A program made the translations under genes and the position numbers. 42,520 nucleotides of DNA from a virus, in the IMG/VR virus record IMGVR_UViG_3300045988_013082, positions 1 through 42,520 of that record, one strand, 5' to 3'. Shown here in pieces: positions 38,949 through 42,520 of the stretch. The notes under the pieces are model-generated. The model was not told where the DNA came from. It ran no database searches and saw only the letters and a program-made list of their open reading frames with translations. Numbering within the stretch: the first letter of the stretch is position 1; each line of letters starts with the position of its first letter.

Positions 38949-39275
38949 TTAAAATTCGACGAATCGCTCATCATCCCAGCTCGGCATGGCCCAATCGGAG
39001 CCTGTCCAGACCTTTCTTACGCCGTCCTTCGTGTAGTAGAAGTTCGGATAAGCCGTCATGCCATCCTTCCAGACGATGGGGTTGTCCGCAGTTCCGACCT
39101 TGACCTCCTGCTCCACATAATCCTTACGCACCACGACATCGTTGACGGAATAGATGCGCCAGTCAAAGCCGAGCTTATCGCTCTGTTCCACCGCCACCGA
39201 AATGCCGCCAGCTCTCGCCACCATCCGCCCGTCTGTGATAGACTTCTTGATTTGATTCAGTTTAGCCGTTGTCAT
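38949..39275 (-). CDS. Hypothetical protein (post-fibre module)
   Basis: 108-aa ORF. Confidence 0.5.
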   Translation of the reverse strand: MTTAKLNQIKKSITDGRMVARAGGISVAVEQSDKLGFDWRIYSVNDVVVRKDYVEQEVKVGTADNPIVWKDGMTAYPNFYYTKDGVRKVWTGSDWAMPSWDDERFVEF

Positions 39276-39495
39276 ACGCCGCCTCCAATTCTGTCAGCAT
39301 TTCTTCAGCGGTCAGCTCCGGCGTTTCAATCGGCGTTTCCGTCTCTGTATAGGTGTATGCTGCACCTTCAACATCGATAGCCTCTGCATATTCCACACCA
39401 GTCTCATTCTGTCGAATCATCATTCCTGAATCAGAATAGGTGCGATAGAGCTTCACACCGTCTTTGCGCTGTGTATAAAATTCTCTCTGAATCAT
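39262..39495 (-). CDS. Hypothetical protein (post-fibre module)
   Basis: ATG 39495 lies just after the LRR-gene stop. The product is 77 aa. Confidence 0.45.
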   Translation of the reverse strand: MIQREFYTQRKDGVKLYRTYSDSGMMIRQNETGVEYAEAIDVEGAAYTYTETETPIETPELTAEEMLTELEAAYDNG

Positions 39496-39497
39496 CT

Positions 39498-40874
39498 TTA
39501 CACCCCCACAATATAGCTCGCGTATGTTGACCAGTTCGTTGCCGCTTTCCATGTATCAACAAGCGAGGCTGGAACACGAATTTGACAGTCAGCAACAATA
39601 CCAGAGAAAGCATTTGTATTTGATAGTGTCGGGACTGCTGTACAAGCTGTGAAATCATAGAAAGCAACACCGTAGCAATTATTAAACACATAATTTTCAA
39701 TACTTGTTACACCGTTTGGAATCGTGATCGATGCAAGAGAATAGCAATGGTAGAACGCATAATTTCCAATACTTGTTATGCTCTCTGGAATTGTGATTGA
39801 TGCAAGAGAATAGCAACCGCTGAACGCAGAATTTTCAATACTTGTTACACTATTTGGAATCGTAATTGATGCAAGAGACTCGCAATGGTAGAACGCATTA
39901 TTTCCAATACTTGTTATGCTCTCTGGAATTGTGATTGATGCAAGAGAATAGCAATTACCGAACGCATAGGCATTGATACTTGTTACCCCATCAGGAATCG
40001 TGATTGATGCAAGAGAATAGCACGTATAGAACGCATAGGCATTGATACTTGTTACCCCATCAGGAATCGTGATTGATGCAAGAGAATAGCACGTATAGAA
40101 CGCATAGGCATTGATACTTGTTACCCCATCAGGAATCGTGATTGATGCAAGAGAATAGCACGTATAGAACGCATAGGCATTGATACTTGTTACGCCATTT
40201 CCAATCTCAATTTTCTGAATGCTGTTTTGATAAACGTTATTGCGACTGTCATAGGTAGATGAATACCGAAGGATTGCGCCCCCCGCATTCTGTGAAGATT
40301 CACCATAAAACCCCATCGTCCCATCCACTGTTAGCTTAATCACATAATCGCCCGGAGCAGCATAGGCATGATTCGGTGTCCATTTTACAGTTGATGTGCT
40401 TGTTCCGGTCAGCGTATCTGGTGTAGTTCCATCACCCCAATCCACTGTGACCGTGCCATTCGGGCAAACGCCAAGCATAGGAGATGTGCGCCCTTCTTCC
40501 AGCCGGATATAGATTCTGGTCTTGCCATCATCTGTGATATACATCGCGCCGACGTTCATTTTGCGATTTGTAGATTTGAGGTCAGCCAGTGACCAGTTCC
40601 AGCCCTGACAGGTAAGCCCTTCATGTGATGGATAATCCGGCAGAGCGGTCTTTGTTGCCAGTTCTTCCAACATCCAAGACGTGACGATTGTGCCGTCGTA
40701 ATCATAGAACGTAATGTCACCGGGTGTGCCAGCTGCTCCACCGCCAGTCTGAATGTTCCCAATGGCCGTCACAAATCCATCCGGATAGACCAGCGGGTCA
40801 GACGTTCCACCTTTCTCCCGGATAGCTGCGGCAACCTTCGTCAGGTCGGTTGTGTTTGTCAGATATTCAGCCAT
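39498..40874 (-). CDS. Tail fibre / receptor-binding protein with BspA-type leucine-rich repeats
   Basis: 458 aa with eight to nine 23-aa repeats, ITIP.GVTSI...AF..C.SLAS. It lies in the fibre module, and its ATG overlaps the upstream stop (TGATG). Confidence 0.75.
   Translation of the reverse strand: MAEYLTNTTDLTKVAAAIREKGGTSDPLVYPDGFVTAIGNIQTGGGAAGTPGDITFYDYDGTIVTSWMLEELATKTALPDYPSHEGLTCQGWNWSLADLKSTNRKMNVGAMYITDDGKTRIYIRLEEGRTSPMLGVCPNGTVTVDWGDGTTPDTLTGTSTSTVKWTPNHAYAAPGDYVIKLTVDGTMGFYGESSQNAGGAILRYSSTYDSRNNVYQNSIQKIEIGNGVTSINAYAFYTCYSLASITIPDGVTSINAYAFYTCYSLASITIPDGVTSINAYAFYTCYSLASITIPDGVTSINAYAFGNCYSLASITIPESITSIGNNAFYHCESLASITIPNSVTSIENSAFSGCYSLASITIPESITSIGNYAFYHCYSLASITIPNGVTSIENYVFNNCYGVAFYDFTACTAVPTLSNTNAFSGIVADCQIRVPASLVDTWKAATNWSTYASYIVGV
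39660..40211. repeat. 69-bp tandem repeat array encoding the LRR units
   Basis: About eight 69-bp units. 39961..40193 holds about 3.4 perfectly identical copies, with unit starts at 39961, 40030, 40099 and 40168. Confidence 0.9.
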
Positions 40875-41071
40875 CAGAAGCTACCTCCATTCGCGTTTGC
40901 AATCTCTACAGCCGCCCATGCACCGGAAACAACACGCAGGAATTTCCCATTGTCAGCGGTGGTGACAGCGGGCAGCTCCTTCGCGCTCCATGCGACCTTA
41001 TTGTTCTGGACGTCAGACACCGCCTGATCGATCTCTGCGCCAGTGTGCGCACTGTTGTACTGATCTGCCAT
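40874..41071 (-). CDS. Small fibre-module protein
   Basis: 65-aa ORF with a GAAGGAG RBS. Confidence 0.5.
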   Translation of the reverse strand: MADQYNSAHTGAEIDQAVSDVQNNKVAWSAKELPAVTTADNGKFLRVVSGAWAAVEIANANGGSF

Positions 41072-41075
41072 AAAA

Positions 41076-41453
41076 TCACTCCTTCATGCAGAGAAATTCA
41101 TTGCCGTCTGCCGTCAGCATGGTCTTTGTCGTGCCGGACGGCACAAAACCATAGTTATCATTCCAACTTCCGTCCGCCCCCTGTGCGTAGAGGGAGATTC
41201 TATATTCTCCGTCACCATTCAGGAGGAAATCGTCGTAGACTTCAAAGGTTCGCTCCGTCCCCGCAGGGGTCTGGGAAAAGGACGCAATGAGCGCCCCTTT
41301 CCCTCGCCCCCAGTCCTCGCCGGTTTTCGTCGCGCGGCACTCAAAGGCCTGATACGCGATGTCCGACGAGAACTTGACGGTGATGGAATCGAAACCGGAG
41401 ACTGCCGAAATCTTATTTCCCGTGATGGTGAACGTCAGTCCCGGCGCGGCCAT
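41076..41453 (-). CDS. Beta-sandwich (Ig-like) fibre-module protein, paralogous to the upstream gene
   Basis: ATG 41453 overlaps the upstream TAA. FTITGNKISAVSGFDS...GDGEYRISLYAQGADGSW mirrors VTITGPDKTRISKVSGFDT...GDGTKIIKVFVRNAAGTW in 41453..42115. Confidence 0.55.
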   Translation of the reverse strand: MAAPGLTFTITGNKISAVSGFDSITVKFSSDIAYQAFECRATKTGEDWGRGKGALIASFSQTPAGTERTFEVYDDFLLNGDGEYRISLYAQGADGSWNDNYGFVPSGTTKTMLTADGNEFLCMKE

Positions 41454-42115
41454 TATGCCACGCTCCAAGTCCCGGCCGCGTTCCTCACAAAGACCTTGAT
41501 GATCTTCGTACCGTCGCCGGAGGATGCCGTCGCAAGGTCGACGCCCTTGATGGTGACATCAATCGCCGTGGCCTTTTTGTAGCCGCCCTTGCTGCCGGAG
41601 GTGTTTGTGGAGCCGCCAGTGGTCGGGATCTGCGTGCCGGCGTCGTGGAGGCTGCTGGTGCTCGGCACAACACGCACCGTGTATTCCTCGAAGTCCACGT
41701 CGCAGGTGAAGGAGAACGCGCAGGTGTCGAAGCCGGAGACTTTGGAAATCCTAGTCTTATCGGGACCAGTGATTGTGACCACCGGAACTGCCGTATTGAC
41801 CGTGATAGACGCTGTGACCGCAGCCGTTTCGTTGCCGACGTCATCCCGCACCTTGATATGCACGGTTTTCAGGCCATCGCCTTCCGTCAGGATGATGGAC
41901 TTGCTGGCCGCGAAGGTTTCCCACGATGCGTCCGCTTCCGTTGCAGCCGCCTTGATGCCCCAGAGCTTCATCTGGTAGCCGGTCTTGGTTTCATCCGTCA
42001 GCGTGATCGTTGCGGTGACGGTGTTGCTGGTTGCATACGTCGCGCCGCTGTTGAGCTTCAGTGTCAGCCCAGATGGTGCAAGCGTATCAAGAATTAGATT
42101 GAAAAAACTTGCCAT
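41453..42115 (-). CDS. Fibre-module protein with two tandem Ig-like modules
   Basis: 220-aa ORF. The two modules end in GDGLKTVHIKVRDDVGNET and GDGTKIIKVFVRNAAGTWS. Confidence 0.6.
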   Translation of the reverse strand: MASFFNLILDTLAPSGLTLKLNSGATYATSNTVTATITLTDETKTGYQMKLWGIKAAATEADASWETFAASKSIILTEGDGLKTVHIKVRDDVGNETAAVTASITVNTAVPVVTITGPDKTRISKVSGFDTCAFSFTCDVDFEEYTVRVVPSTSSLHDAGTQIPTTGGSTNTSGSKGGYKKATAIDVTIKGVDLATASSGDGTKIIKVFVRNAAGTWSVA

Positions 42116-42118
42116 AGG

Positions 42119-42262
42119 TTATGCCCCTTTCTTTTCGCTCATTTCGATGTATAAATATCCGCCCGGGCGGGTATAGATGGGTTCTTCGCCGATGCAGGCA
42201 TTCTTAATGCCCATCTCACCGACAAACAACTCCTTGAGCTGTTCTTCTCCGACTGTGATCAT
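42119..42262 (-). CDS. Possible small ORF (47 aa)
   Basis: Manual translation gives MITVGEEQLKELFVGEMGIKNACIGEEPIYTRPGGYLYIEMSEKKGA. It fills the gap between 42115 and 42267. Confidence 0.35.
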   Translation of the reverse strand: MITVGEEQLKELFVGEMGIKNACIGEEPIYTRPGGYLYIEMSEKKGA

Positions 42263-42266
42263 TCCG

Positions 42267-42458
42267 TCACCCCCGAATCAGATACAGTGTCTTCGCGTCC
42301 TTGACGGCCAGCGCGTCATATTCCGCCCGGTCGAGGACTACAATGGTGTTGATCTGCGCAGATGAGACGTTTCCGCCGCCACTGCCGCCGGGTGACACCC
42401 GCAAGGACGGCAGGCTGAATTGGATGCTCGGCTTCCCGCCGATGTCAAAGTGGATCAT
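42267..42458 (-). CDS. Small fibre-module protein
   Basis: ATG 42458 overlaps the stop of the junction-spanning gene (TGATG). The motif AEYDAL..KDAKTLYLI resembles tail-fibre N-terminal motifs. Confidence 0.5.
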   Translation of the reverse strand: MIHFDIGGKPSIQFSLPSLRVSPGGSGGGNVSSAQINTIVVLDRAEYDALAVKDAKTLYLIRG

Positions 42459-42465
42459 CACAGCA

Positions 42466-42520
42466 CCACCTTACTGATGGAATCGCTCACGCGGATGCCC
42501 TCAATGCTGGTGCCGATGAC
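42466..42520. repeat. Terminal overlap, copy 2 (identical to 1..55)
   Basis: See copy 1. This copy, together with 42458..42465, carries the 3' end and TGA stop (42458-42460) of the junction-spanning gene. Confidence 0.95.

Larger units (their letters stand above)
1..42465. mobile_element. Complete circular genome of a temperate siphovirus-like tailed phage (attP form)
   Basis: Full set of packaging, head, non-contractile tail, lysis, replication/recombination and lysogeny genes. The integrase is adjacent to a tRNA-like attP, and the 55-nt terminal overlap closes the circle. Confidence 0.85.

Noticed and set aside
39660-40211. Regular 69-bp repeats that could be mistaken for a CRISPR array
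   Set aside because: The units are contiguous with no unique spacers. They lie in frame inside a 458-aa ORF and encode a 23-aa LRR consensus. No cas genes or leader are present.
39498-42115. Possible diversity-generating retroelement acting on the fibre genes
   Set aside because: No reverse transcriptase gene occurs anywhere in the genome. I found no template/variable repeat pair with adenine-specific differences.
1-42520. Alternative genetic code or stop-codon reassignment
   Set aside because: Large marker genes (terL, portal, tape measure, integrase, capsid) are uninterrupted in the standard code, and all three stop codons are used as terminators.

Overview
The window is one complete, circularly closed genome of a temperate siphovirus-type tailed phage. 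The first 55 nt are identical to the last 55 nt, so the unit length is 42,465 bp, and one gene spans the junction. Gene content suggests a Firmicutes/Clostridia-type host (BspA-like LRR fibre, XhlA, SPP1-like head genes); this is inference only.

Most genes are on the minus strand:
- **Packaging, head and tail (15.0 kb down to 0.3 kb):** terS, terL, portal, MuF-like, scaffold, capsid, neck, major tail, G/GT chaperones (-1 frameshift), tape measure and tail tip.
- **Fibre and lysis (42.5 to 37.2 kb, across the junction):** Ig-like/LRR fibre genes, then an XhlA/holin/amidase lysis cassette.
- **Early module (29.8 to 17.9 kb):** Rad52-like annealase, NinB, HNH, SSB, replication organiser, DnaC-like loader, RusA, a C5-methyltransferase-like gene, DUF4406, Lar, a ThyX-like gene, an NTP pyrophosphohydrolase-like gene and a RuvC-like resolvase.
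- **Lysogeny region:** a Cro/CI-type switch sits at 30.0-30.3 kb. A plus-strand lysogeny/moron block (30.3-34.1 kb) ends in a tyrosine integrase next to an attP that carries a tRNA-Ala/tmRNA-like 3' end.

The most interesting parts are four self-promoted accessory loci that the core phage modules do not explain:
1. A dCTP-deaminase-fold domain fused to transmembrane helices (35991-36803, +). It is divergent from a three-gene operon of uncharacterised membrane/Cys-rich proteins (34309-35754, -).
2. A membrane-anchored Mrr-type nuclease co-transcribed with the CI-like repressor and faced by a convergent promoter plus small ORF.
3. A five-gene plus-strand cassette ending in a small FtsK/SpoIIIE-type ATPase. 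Its consensus promoter is overlapped by a 22-bp perfect palindrome, and an RHH gene lies divergent to it.
4. A membrane-tethered XRE protein directly upstream of the integrase.

All family assignments were made by eye from motifs. No searches were run.
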